Part shown: one piece after another, positions 25,067 to 37,149 of the stretch
Layout: each line of letters starts with the position of its first letter
Numbering within the stretch: the first letter of the stretch is position 1
Origin: Malacoraja senta
Lineage: Eukaryota
Reading direction: 5' to 3'
Length of the DNA: 64,000 nt
Assembly: GCA_038087875.1 (NCBI GenBank)
Contig: JAXLNO010000504.1
Span: 1 to 64,000, forward strand
Made by a program: the position numbers and the translations under genes
Notes under the pieces: model-generated
Database searches by the model: none
What the model saw: only the letters and a program-made list of their open reading frames with translations
What the model was told of the DNA's origin: nothing

Positions 25067-27371
25067 TTTTGGTTTAATTTTTAATATTTTTATTTTATTA
25101 GAAGTAAGTACAATTGTGTACAATCATATTTTCATAATACATTTTATGAACAGCTTCTTATTTTTTTATTATAATAAAGAAGAAAAAGAAAAAGAAATTA
25201 GATAATGAAGTATAGAAAAATATGAGATATATAGTGTGTGGAAAAGAAAAATAGAAAGTGAAAGAAGAAAGTTAAAGAATAGAAAATAGGAAAAAGAGAA
25301 TAAAGGGAAGAAAAAGAAAAAAGAAGTAAGGAGATCTTATTTATAATCTTGACCATCCCTCGCCCAGTCACGAGTTAGCTTTTACAATTGTGTTGCACCA
25401 TATGATTCCAAAAAGACGACAAATGGAGACCAACTCGTTATGAATTGGTCAAATTTATCTATTAGGAGGAATCGCATTTCCTCAAGATGTGCGGTGTCCA
25501 ACATACTTGCAATCCACATTTTGAGCGATGGTATTGGTGTATTTTTCCAAAATTTAAGTATTAATTTTTTTGCTATTATTAAACCATAATTAAACAATAA
25601 TTTTTGAGATGGATTCAATTTATTCCCCTCTTCCATTACCCCAAGTATAATCAATTCATTATTTGGTTCCATTTTTATCTTAAATAATGTTGTGAATATT
25701 TCGAAAATATCACTCCAAAATCTATAAAGTTTTATACAGGAAACAAAAGAGTGTGTTATAGTTGCATCTTGCGTTAAACATTTATCGCAAGTGGGGGATA
25801 TATTTGGGTAGAATTTATTTAATCTTGTTTTGCAGTAATATAATCTATGTAAAATTTTAAATTGAATTAGATTATGTCTTGCATTAATCGAACATTTGTG
25901 AATGGATGTCAAATACTTTTCCCATGTAACCTTCGTAATTTTTATCATTAATTCCCGTTCCCACTCTTCTGTAAGTACCTCTGTCGCTGGTAAATCTATA
26001 TTTAAAATACTATTATATAAATATGATATTAATTTTTGCGTATCAGCTTTAATATTTATTGCTTCTTCCAATAAATCAGGAGTTATTTTTTGATATCCTT
26101 GTATGTATGTCTTCAACAAATCGCAAAGCTGAAGATATTTAAAATAATGATTGTTTTTCAATTTAAATTTTAATTGTAATTGTTGAATTGATAGTAAATC
26201 TCCCATTTCATACATATCCCCGATCCTTTTAATTCCTAAACTTTCCCATTGATTATATATTTTGTCCATAAGAGATGATTTAAATAAAGGATTATTCGCT
26301 ATCGGTGTTAACAATGATAGGTTTCTTAATTTTAAGGATAATTTCATTTGTTTCCATATTCTTATTGTATCCTGTATAATTGGGTTCTTCTTATATATTG
26401 TACTGTTCATTTTTTTCGGGGAGAAGAGGATCGTTCCTATATTACAAGGAAAACAATCCTCTTTCTCCATTTTTATCCATTCTGTCTGTTGGGTAGAAAT
26501 CTATCCAACCAGTAAATTATATTCTTAATATGTATTGCCCAATAATAATACAGAAAATTCGGGAGTGAAAGTCCCCCGACATCTTTTGGTTTACATACGT
26601 GTTCTTTTTTAATTCTATGTGATTTATAATCCCAAACAAAATTAGTAATATTAGAGTTTAATTTTTTTGTTTAATATTTTGTTACATATACTGGTATAGA
26701 CTGAAATAAGTATAATAACTGTGGTAGAAAGATCATTTTTATAGCGTTTTCCAAAATATAATCATTTTATTAAGTTTGTTTATTAAAGGTATAAAATTGG
26801 CATTGAGCAAAGCTTTATGTTTTCTAGTAATCTGAATACCCAGATATTTAAATTTTTCTGTTGCTATTTTAAAGGGGAACTTCAGTAAGTGTGTAGATTC
26901 TTGAGGTTTTAACGTCATGATTTCACTTTTCCAATTTATTCTATATCCAGAAAAGGACCCAAATTCCTCTATTAAGTTTAATAAATTTGGTATGCTCGTT
27001 TCTGAGTTTGTTATATATAACAGAATATCGTCTGCATATAATGACATTTTATTATTTCAGTCCCTAGTATCATAACCCTGAATATTCGGATTACTTCTTA
27101 TACTTTCAGCCAAAGGTTCTATCATCAGGGCGAATAATCGGGGTCATAAAGCACATCCCTGCCTATTACCCCTTGATAATTGAAATTTTTGAGATAACAT
27201 ATTATTAGTTAATATTCTTGCCATCGGTTTATCATATAATAATTTCACCCATGTAATAAAATTCTCTCCCATATTAAATTTTTGTAATACTTTGTATAAA
27301 TACTGCCATTCTACCTGATCAAATGCTTTCTCTGCGTCCAAAGAAATAATTGATATATCTTCTTCCTCCAC

Positions 27372-27372
<1 letters not shown>
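25067..27372 (-). mobile_element. Older 5'-truncated L1 copy (same family as 28531-34786)
   Basis: ORF2 fragments SLDAEKAFD, QGCAL, YADD and the C-terminal CxxC..H..C. The 3' UTR is homologous to 28557-28856. Confidence 0.93.
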
Positions 27373-27467
<95 letters not shown>

Positions 27468-28525
27468 TATGTTATTGTCATTGCACGTCAGTGCAACGAG
27501 ATTTAGTATGCAGCTCCACCGATGTACAAGAAAAGTAAAATAAATAAATAAGCAAGCTGAGTGACGTGACCATCCGAGGGAGACTGTCCAGGGGGGGTAG
27601 GTGGGGGGGGGCACTCAGCAGGGCCGGTTCAGAGCCGCTATAGCTCTTGGAATAAAGCTGTTTCTGAGTCTGGAGGTTCTGGCGTAGAAGGCCTTGTAAC
27701 GTCTGCCGGAGGGAAGTAGTTCAAGCAATCCGTTACAAGGGTGTGATGAGTCCTTATGGATGGAGGCACCGTGTGTGGTAGATGCCCTCCAAGGCTGGTA
27801 GCTCTGTCCCAATGATCCTCTGCGCTCTGTGGACGACGCGCTGAAGAGCTCTCCTCTCCACCTCCGTGCAGCTGAGATACCACACAGAGATGCCATACGT
27901 TAATATGCTCTCTGTGGTGCAACGGTAGAACGTTGTCAGCAGCTGTTGGGGCAGACCGGTCTTTTTTTATGTCCTCAGGAAGAACAGTCGTTGCTGTGCC
28001 TTCTTGACCAGCGCAGCGGTGTTGTTGGACGATGTGAGGTCCTCTGCAATGTGAGTGCCCAGAAACTTAAAGCTGGACACTCTCTCCACACTTTCCCCGT
28101 AAATGGAGATTGGGGCGTATTCTCCATTATGGGACCTCCTGAAGTCAATAATCAGCTCCTTGGTTTTGGAGGTGTTTAGTGACAAGTTGTTATGAGCGCA
28201 CCAGTCCGCCAGGTTCTGCACCTCCGCTCTGTATTTTGTTTCATCAACGTTGGTGATCAGCCCAATCACTGTTGTGTCGTCTGCAAAGTTCACGATGGTG
28301 TTGGTGTCGAATGCAAGGACACAGTCGTGAGTGACGAGGGAGTAGAGCATGGGGCTTAGTACACAGCCCTATGGTGTGCCGGTGCTCAGGGTGATAGTGG
28401 AGGACAGGTGCGGGCCCAGTCTCACTGCCTGCGGTCGCTCCGTCAGAAAGTTCAGGATCCAATCGCATATCGGCGAGCTGAGGCCTAGCTGGTGGAGTTT
28501 GGTGGTGAGTTTGGTGGGGATGACC

Positions 28526-28530
<5 letters not shown>
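27216..28530. repeat. Left copy of ~1.3 kb direct duplication flanking the full-length L1
   Basis: tcttgccatcgg...gatgaccgtatt is repeated at 34785-36094 with scattered substitutions. It includes an old-L1 piece, (TAA)n and the Rex1 3' end. Confidence 0.95.
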
Positions 28531-28560
<30 letters not shown>

Positions 28561-28856
28561 ATTTTTATTTTATTAGAAGTAAGTACAATTGTATACAATC
28601 ATATTTTCATAATACCTTTTATGTACAGCTTCTTATTTTTTAAATTTTTTGAAATAAAGAAGAAAAAGAAAAAAGTTAGATAATGAAAAATAGAAAAATG
28701 TGAGATATATAGTGTGTGAAAAAGAAAAATAAAGAATGAAATAAGAAAGTTGAGACATAGAAAATAGAAGAAAGAGAATAAATGAAAAGAAGAGAAGAAA
28801 AGAAAATAGAAGGAGATCATTTATAATCTTGACCATCCGCAGTCACGGATTAGCTT

Positions 28857-31800
28857 TTACACCTGTTTTGCACCATACGTTTCCAAAAAGACGACAAATG
28901 GAGACCAACTCGTTATGAATTGGTCAAAGTTATCTATTAGGAGGAATCGCATTTCCTCAAGATGTGCGGTATCCAACATACTTGCAATCCACATTTTGAG
29001 CGTTGGTATTGGTGTATTTTTCCAAAATTTAAATATTAATTTTTTTGCTATTATTAAACCATAATTAAAAATTGACTTTTGAGATGAGCTCAATTTGTTC
29101 CCGTCTTCCATTACCCCAAATATAATCAATTCATTATTGGGTTCCATTTTTGTCTTAAATAATTTTGTAAATATTTCGAAAATATCACTCCAAAATCCAT
29201 GAAGTTTATACAAGAAACAAAAGAGTGTGTTATAGTTGCTTCTTGGATTAAACATTTATCGCAAATGGGCGATATATTTGGATAAAATGTATTTAATCTT
29301 GTTTTTGAGTAATATAATCTATGTAAAATTTTAAATTGGATTAGATTATGTCTTGCGTTAATCGAACACTTGTGAATGTATGTCAAATACTTTTCCCATG
29401 TAGCCTTCGTAATTTTTATCAATAATTCCCGTTCCCACTCTTCTCTAATTACCTCGGTCACAGTTAAATCTATATTTAAGATACTATTATATAAATATGC
29501 TATTAATTTTTGTGTATCAGCTTTTATATTCATTACTTCTTCTAGTAAATCAGGAGTTATTTTTTGATATCCCTGTATGTATGTCTTCAAAAAATTACAA
29601 ATCTGAAAATATTTAAAATAATGAGTGTTTTTCAGTTTAAATTTTAATTGTAATTGTTGAAATGATAATAAATCTCCCATTTCATACATGTCCCCGATCC
29701 TTTTAATTCCTAAACTTTCCCATTGATTATATATTTTATCCATCATAGATGGTTTAAATAAAGGATTATTCGCTATCGGTGTTAACAATGATAGGTTTCT
29801 TAATTTTAAGGATAGTTTTATTTGTTTCCATATTCTTATTGTATCTTGTATAATTGGGTTTTTCTTATATATTGTATTGTTCATTTTTTTCGGGGAGAAG
29901 AGGATTGTTCCTATATTACAAGGATAACAATCCTCTTTCTCCATTTTTATCCATTCTGTCTGTTGAGTTGAACTATCCAACCAGTAAATTATATTCTTAA
30001 TATGTATTGCCCAATAGTAATACAAAAAATTAGGGAGTGAAAGTCCCCCGACATCTTTTGGTTTACATAAGTGTTCTTTTTTAATTCTAAGTGATTTGTA
30101 ATCCCAAACAAAATTAGTAATATTAGCATTCAGTTTAGAGAAGAAATATTTTGGTACATATACTGGTATAGATTGAAATAAGTATAATAACTGTGGTAAG
30201 AAGCTCATTTTAATAGCATTTATTCTGCCTATTAATGATAAAGGGAGTGTTTTCCAAAATTTTATCATTATATTAAGTTTATTTATTAAGGGTATAAAAT
30301 TAGCATTGAATAAAGCTTTATGTTTTCTAGTAATCTGTATACCCAGATATTTGAATTTTTCTGTTGCTATTTTAAAGGGGAATTTCAATAAGTGTGTGGA
30401 TTCTTGAGGTTTTTACGTCATAATTTCACTTTTGTTCCAATTTATTCTATATCCTGAAAAGGACCCAAATTCCTCTATTAAATTTAATAAATTTGGTATA
30501 CTCGTTTGTGAATTTGTTATATATAACAAAATATCGTCTGCATACAATGAAATTTTATTATTTGAGTCCCTAGTATTATAACCCTGAATATTCGGATGGC
30601 TTCTTATACTTTCAGCCAGAGGTTCTATCATAAGGGCAAATAGCAGGGGTGATAAAGCACATCCCTGCCTATTACCCCTTGATAATTGAAATTTTTGAGA
30701 TAACATGCTGTTAGTTAATATTATTGCCATCGGTTTATCATATAATAATTTCACCCATGCAATAAAATTCTCTCCCATATTAAATTTTTGTAATACTATG
30801 TATAAATACTGCCATTCTACCTGATCAAATGCTTTCTCTGCGTCCAAAGAAATAATTGCTAAGTCTTTTTCTTCCTTTTTATGTGAGTACATTATATTAA
30901 ACAGGCGTCTCAAATTATTAAATGAATATCTTTTGGGTATAAACCCCGTTTGATCAGGGTTTATCAATTTACTAATATATTTGCTTAGTCTTCTAGCTAA
31001 GGTCTTTGCTAGAATTTTCTGGTCGGTATTTAAAAGTGATATAGCTCTATATGAACCCGGTTCCTCTAGATCTTTATCTTTCTTTGGAATAAGCGTAATA
31101 GTTGATTCTGCTAATGTTTCAGGTAATTTATTTTCTTTAAAAACGTGAGTATATAAATTAAATAGATAGGGGGTCGTTATCTCATGAAACTTTTTATAAA
31201 ATTCATTACTAAAACCATCTGGTCCCGGTGTCTTACCATTTTTCAGCAATTTTATTGTTTCACCTATTTCTTCGATTGTAATTTGCGCTCCTAGTTCTTC
31301 TTGTTCCAAAAGGTCAAGTTTTGGTAGATTACATTTATCTAAAAAATTTGTAATTTTACTATCTTCTGTTTTGGTTTTTGATGTGTATAAATTCTGATAA
31401 AATTGAACAAATCTTTTATTGATATCTTTAGGTAGTGTTAGTAATTCACCCTTCTCAGATTTAATTTTATTTATAGTATTTTCCTTTTCCTGTTTTTTCA
31501 ATTGACGCGCCAACAGCTTATGTGGTTTGTCACCAAACTCAAAATGTTCCTGTTTTGTAATTTGGAATAATCTTATTACTCTTGCCGAGAGAATTCGGTT
31601 AAGTTTAAATTTCAGTAGTATTATCTTATTATGTTTATCTATAGTGGGATCTTTAGCATTATCTAACTCTAACTGTCTTATTTCTTGTTCTAACAGCATC
31701 TGTTCAGTTTTATTCTTCTTATTTTGAAAAATTTCATATGAAATTATAATTCCTCTAATAAATGCTTTAAAAGTTTCCCATATTAAAGAAGGTGAGGTAC

Positions 31801-32665
31801 CTGGTGTATCATTTATCTCAAGAAATGATATCATTTGTTGTTTCAAATATTGATAACCCTGTAGGTCATTTAATATATATGTGTTAAACCTCCAAAAAAA
31901 ATTCTTTCCCGGCATTCCTTCAAATTTTACTAAAAAAGTCAATGGAGAGTGATCAGAAATACTACTAATATGGTAAATTGGGTTAATTATATATGGCATT
32001 AATTTCCTATCCACTAAAAAATAATCAATTCTTGAGTATGTTTTATGTACCGAAGAGTAAAACGAGTATTCCCTTCCTGCTGGATTAGCAGATCTCCATA
32101 CATCTGTTATGTTAGTATTTTTTATATATGTATTTAGAAATTCACTAGTCTTAGATTTTGTATTACTCCTTCTTTGTTTTGCTGATTTGTCTAAGTAAGG
32201 ATCTAAAACACAATTGAAATCCCCTCCTATTATGACATTTTGATAATTAAACTCCAGTATTATATCTATAATTTTCTCCAAAAATTGAGGGTTATCAAAA
32301 TTCGGAGCGTAAATATGTACCATAGTTATTGGGGTAGCATAAATTTCTCCCGAAACTATAATATACCTTCCCTCTTTATCTGATATAGTATTCTTTAATT
32401 TGAACGGTATACCTTTTCGAATAAGAATAGCCGTACCTCTAGATTTAGAAGTAAATGACGAATAATATATTTGGCCTATCCACTTCGCCTTTAATCTCAT
32501 TTGTGTTTCCTGTTTCATGTGAGTTTCTTGCAAGTAGATTATGTCGCTTTTCAAAGATTTTAGGTGAGCAAAAATTTTACCCCTCTTTATTGGTTCATTG
32601 GCACCCCTTATATTCCAACTACAGAATGTGATTCCTCCATTCTTTATTTGCCTATCGTCCTGCAT
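28857..32665 (-). pseudogene. L1 ORF2 (APE endonuclease, RT, Cys-rich domain), disrupted
   Basis: SWNIRG, LQETH, GGDFN, SRIDY, SDHSP, DAEKAFD, QGCALSP, YADD. In-frame TTA>TAA stop at 30413-30415 and a 1-bp deletion near 29205, both relative to the older copy. Confidence 0.93.
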
Positions 32666-33611
32666 TGTATATCAAAGTGATGTTCTTGAAACATATGGTG
32701 CAAACAAATACCTCCGTTGGGTGGTCATTCCAAATTTTTAAGTTTACATTACATCTCCATCTCCAAAAGTGCCTTAGATAAAGCAAGAAAAGTTGTGATT
32801 TACAATTAATTAAGTGATTTTTTAAAAAAAGTGAAATTAAGGTATCTAAAAGCAGGTACCTTAAAGACAAATAGCCACCTAAGGTGGCGAAAGAATTATC
32901 GACTTCCATTGATGTTATTTTACAGTGAGCCCCAATCCCTTATTAACACCTCGTAAAAAATAATTTAAAAAAAAACCTACAAACCGTCTCGTTTATTCTT
33001 GTATAACTTTATCAAACTAGCGTTAGTAAAATGCCCCCCAAAAAATTAATTTAAAAAAAAATTAGTAATAATAATAATAATAATAACAAAAATATGCAAA
33101 GATAAAATATTAAAGAGTAAAAAAAAAAGAAAACATTAATGTAATTAAACCCCAAATCCAAATATAAACCACAACCTATTCTAATTTCTATAAGTATTTG
33201 TACTGTACCAATTTATCTAGCCAGCTACCCTACAAGCAGGTACCGAGGGGTTAACCTCATTCCTGGCTTTTTTCCAAGTTTATGTTGCGTTCCCACTCAA
33301 AAAGAAAGAGAGAAAATGTTAGTAATGTTATAGACATTTTGGTTAATTACAATTTATAAGCAATGGTTTATTCATGAATATACATATTTACTACACACAC
33401 TCACATTAGTTTTGTTAAAGTTAGTTAGTTAATTGTAATTAGCATATAATAGTTAAATACTCAGGTTATCTCGTTCTTTGTACGAGAGCTTTTCATTCAA
33501 GGTTAAACAATATTGTCCAATACATTCCAGACAGATAAGCTCAGTAACTGTCTGAGAAATCCGCCGGTTCCAGCTCCATCTTAGAAATTAAAAAGTTCCA
33601 TGTTCATTCCT

Positions 33612-34637
33612 TTAGTCGTCTTCTTCTGAAGTTTCGGATGCTTTCCTCATTATATCTTCTGCATATTTAAATGCTTTTTCTGGGTCCGTAAATGAGCGCT
33701 CAATTTCCTTATATGTAATTTTCATTTTTGCAGGAAAAACAATACCATATCTGACTTTAGAAATACCCCTCAATATGTTTCTTGTCGGTGTAAACAGGTT
33801 CATTCTCTGGACAATCTCTGGAGGATAATCACGGAACAATCGGATCTTTTCCCCACGATATATCAAATTTTCACCATGAACAATCTTCTTCAGTATAGTT
33901 TCCACTGAAGAGATATCAAGAAATTTCACAATTATCTGTCTTGGAGCAGCATTTATGCCTCTTGAGACACGTCCAACTCGTTGAACAGTATCTATTCTTA
34001 GTTCTCCCGGCAGTTTAAGAACCTCTTTGAGTAATTCAGTAACGAAAGTACGTGTTTGAGATACATGTTCTTCTCGTCCTTCTCTTACTCCAACAATTCT
34101 CAAATTCTGCCTCCTTGATCTCGCTTCCAAGTCCAAACATTTGTCAGTCATTCTTGCCAGCTTTTCTGCTTCATCTTTCTTTGATCTTTTCAGACTGTTT
34201 ATTTCCGTGATCATCTCTTTCATATCACTTTCCATCTCTTCCATTCTCTCGTCAATGTTGTCCATCTTAGCATTTACCCCAGAAAGCTTCTTATTATAAT
34301 CCTTTTCGACTCTAACAATTTCTGAGTTAAGTTTTTTATCAAACTCATTATGTTGCTTCTTCAGCTCCTTTAACTCATCACAGGCACCATCAATTTTATG
34401 AGAAAATATTTCCATATTATTCTCCATACTCTTAATTGTAGTAGTAATTTCTACAAACATTTCCTTTACCTCCAGCTCTTTCTTTCCTCCTTTTGTAGCC
34501 ATTTCCAGCACAACTCCTTGGCTATCGGGCTCCTCCTCAGAACCTTCTTCAGTTGTTTGCAGAGTATCCAACACACTTTTCAGCTGGAGGCTTATAGTAG
34601 TTTTTTTTGGTGCGCGTGAACAAGTCCTCTTGCTCAT
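33612..34637 (-). CDS. L1 ORF1p (coiled coil, RRM, CTD), intact 341 aa
   Basis: Coiled-coil region, then LEARSRRQNLRIVGV, PRQIIVKF and YGIVFPAKM motifs typical of L1 ORF1. Confidence 0.9.
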   Translation of the reverse strand: MSKRTCSRAPKKTTISLQLKSVLDTLQTTEEGSEEEPDSQGVVLEMATKGGKKELEVKEMFVEITTTIKSMENNMEIFSHKIDGACDELKELKKQHNEFDKKLNSEIVRVEKDYNKKLSGVNAKMDNIDERMEEMESDMKEMITEINSLKRSKKDEAEKLARMTDKCLDLEARSRRQNLRIVGVREGREEHVSQTRTFVTELLKEVLKLPGELRIDTVQRVGRVSRGINAAPRQIIVKFLDISSVETILKKIVHGENLIYRGEKIRLFRDYPPEIVQRMNLFTPTRNILRGISKVRYGIVFPAKMKITYKEIERSFTDPEKAFKYAEDIMRKASETSEEDD

Positions 34638-34784
34638 TTAAAAGTCCGTTATCTAATGATGTTTTCGTTATGCAAACCAAGCAGCTCCGTTGAGTTATTT
34701 TTAACTTTAAAACGGCTTTTTGATAATTTTTACGGGAGTGAAGCTCACTGCAGCGTCCTCAATGTTCCATGACGCTACCGGAAG

Positions 34785-34940
34785 TCTTGCCATCGGTTTA
34801 TCATATAATAATTTCACCCATGTAATAAAATTCTCTCCCATATTAAATTTTTGTAATACTTTGTATAAATACTGCCATTCTAACTGATCAAATGCTTTCT
34901 CTGCGTCCAAAGAAATAATTGATATATCTACTTCCTCCAC

Positions 34941-34985
<45 letters not shown>

Positions 34986-36094
34986 TTAATAATAATAATA
35001 ATAATAATAATAATTATTATAATAATAATATATTTTATTGTCATTGCACGTCAGTGCAACGAGATTTAGTATGCAGCTCCACCGATGTACAAGAAAAGTA
35101 AAATAAATAAATAAGCAAGCTGAGTGACGTGACCATCCGAGGGAGACTGTCCAGGGGGGGTAGGTGGGGGGGGGGCACTCAGCAGGGCCGGTTCAGAGCC
35201 GCTATAGCTCTTGGAATAAAGCTGTTTCTGAGTCTGGAGGTTCGGGCGTAGAAGGCCTTGTATTATCTGCCGGAGGGAAGTAGTTCAAGCAATCCGTTAC
35301 AAGGGTGTGATGAGTCCTTATGGATGGAGGCACCGTGTGTGGTAGATGCCCTCCAAGGCTGGTAGCTCTGTCCCAATGATCCTCTGCGCTCTGTGGACGA
35401 CGCGCTGAAGAGCTCTCCTCTCCACCTCCGTGCAGCTGAGATACCACACAGAGATGCCATACGTTAATATGCTCTCTGTGGTGCAACGGTAGAACGTTGT
35501 CAGCAGCTGTTGGGGCAGACCGGTCTTTTTTTATGTCCTCAGGAAGAACAGTCGTTGCTGTGCCTTCTTGACCAGCGCAGCAGTGTTGTTGGACGATGTG
35601 AGGTCCTCTGCAATGTGAGTGCCCAGAAACTTAAAGCTGGACACTCTCTCCACACTTTCCCCGTAAATGGAGATTGGGGCGTATTCTCCATTATGGGACC
35701 TCCTGAAGTCAATAATCAGCTCCTTGGTCTTGGAGGTGTTTAGTGACAAGTTGTTATGAGCGCACCAGTCCGCCAGGTTCTGCACCTCCGCTCTGTATTT
35801 TGTTTCATCAATGTTGGTGATCAGCCCAATCACTGTTGTGTCGTCTGCAAACTTCACGATGGTGTTGGTGTCGAATGCAAGGACACAGTCGTGAGTGACG
35901 AGGGAGTAGAGCATGGGGCTTAGTACACAGCCCTATGGTGTGCCGGTGCTCAGGGTGATAGTGGAGGACAGGTGCGGGCCCAGTCTCACTGCCTGCGGTC
36001 GCTCCGTCAGAAAGTTCAGGATCCAATCGCATATCGGCGAGCTGAGGCCTAGCTGGTGGAGTTTGGTGGTGAGTTTGGTGGGGATGACCGTATT
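34785..36094. repeat. Right copy of ~1.3 kb direct duplication
   Basis: Matches 27216-28530. Here the Rex1 sequence continues uninterrupted beyond 36094. Confidence 0.95.
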
Positions 36095-37140
36095 GACAGC
36101 AGAGCTATAGTCAACGAAGAGCATCCTCACATACGTGCCCTGTCTTTCCAGGTGAGTCAAGACAGTGTGAAGAGCCAGAGAGATGGCATCCTCTGTTGAT
36201 CTATTTGCCCTGTATGCAAATTGATGGGAGTCCAGTGAGGCAGGGATGCTGGATTTGATATGGGAGAGTACCAGCCTTTCGAAGCACTTCATTGGGATTG
36301 GAGTTAGGGCAACCGGGCATTGGTCGTTCAGGTTGGTGACTTTGGACTTTTTCGGCACCGGCACTATGCTGGCTGTTTTCAGGCACTTGGGGACCGTTGA
36401 CAGAGATAGAGACAGATTGAAGATTCTCGTGAATACCTCCGCCAGCTGTACAGCACAGTCCTTTAGTACCCTTCCCTGGACTCCATCCGGGCCTGCAGCC
36501 TTGCGTGGATTGATCCTACGCAGAGCGCACTGTACCTCCTGTGTGCTTAGTGTTAAGGCCTGTCCCTCCGCCATGGCCGGGGTTATTCCACTCCTGGTGG
36601 TGTTGCCAGTTTCGAACCGGGCAAAGAATGTGTTTAGTTCGTTGGCCAGTGTGATATCACCGTGGGGGCTGCTCTTGTAGTCGGTGATGTCCCTGACACC
36701 CTGACACATGTTTCAGGTGTCCGCGGTGTTGAATTAGTCTTCTACCCTTTGCCTGTGGAGGTCTTTGGCCTTTTTTATGCCTCTGTTCAAATTCGACCTG
36801 GCCGCACTGTCAGCAGAAGTGTCCCTGGATTTAAAGGCATTGTTGCGTGCCCTTAGCATATCCTGAACCTTCTTGTTCATCCAGGGTTTCCGGTTTGGGA
36901 ACATCTTTATTTGCTTGTCCACTGTGACAGTCTCCACACAGCAATTGATGTAGGAGAGTACAGTGGATGTGTACTCCTCCAAGTCTACCTCTGAACCACT
37001 GGAAGCCTGATGTGCAAACAGGTCCCAGTCGGTGCGATCAAAGCAGTCCTGGAGTTGTAGGGTGGCGTCTTGGGGCCATATTTTGACCGTCCTTATTGCA
37101 GGTTTGGTCTTACGGATGAGGGGTTTGTATGCAGGCAGTA
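34941..37140 (-). mobile_element. Rex1/Babar LINE, 5'-truncated, with (ATT)n tail
   Basis: LQDCFDRTDW, KAAGPDGVQGRVLKDCA, VDYSSAVNT, KFADDTT and KKAQQRLFFLR motifs with frameshifts. (taa)n on + at 34941-35030. Confidence 0.9.
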
Positions 37141-37149
37141 TAAACTAGA

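Larger units (their letters stand above)
28531..34786 (-). mobile_element. Full-length L1-clade LINE
   Basis: 5' end gacttccggtagcgtc, ORF1, ~950-bp inter-ORF spacer, ORF2, 3' UTR and poly(A) (T run at 28531-28556 on +). Confidence 0.95.
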
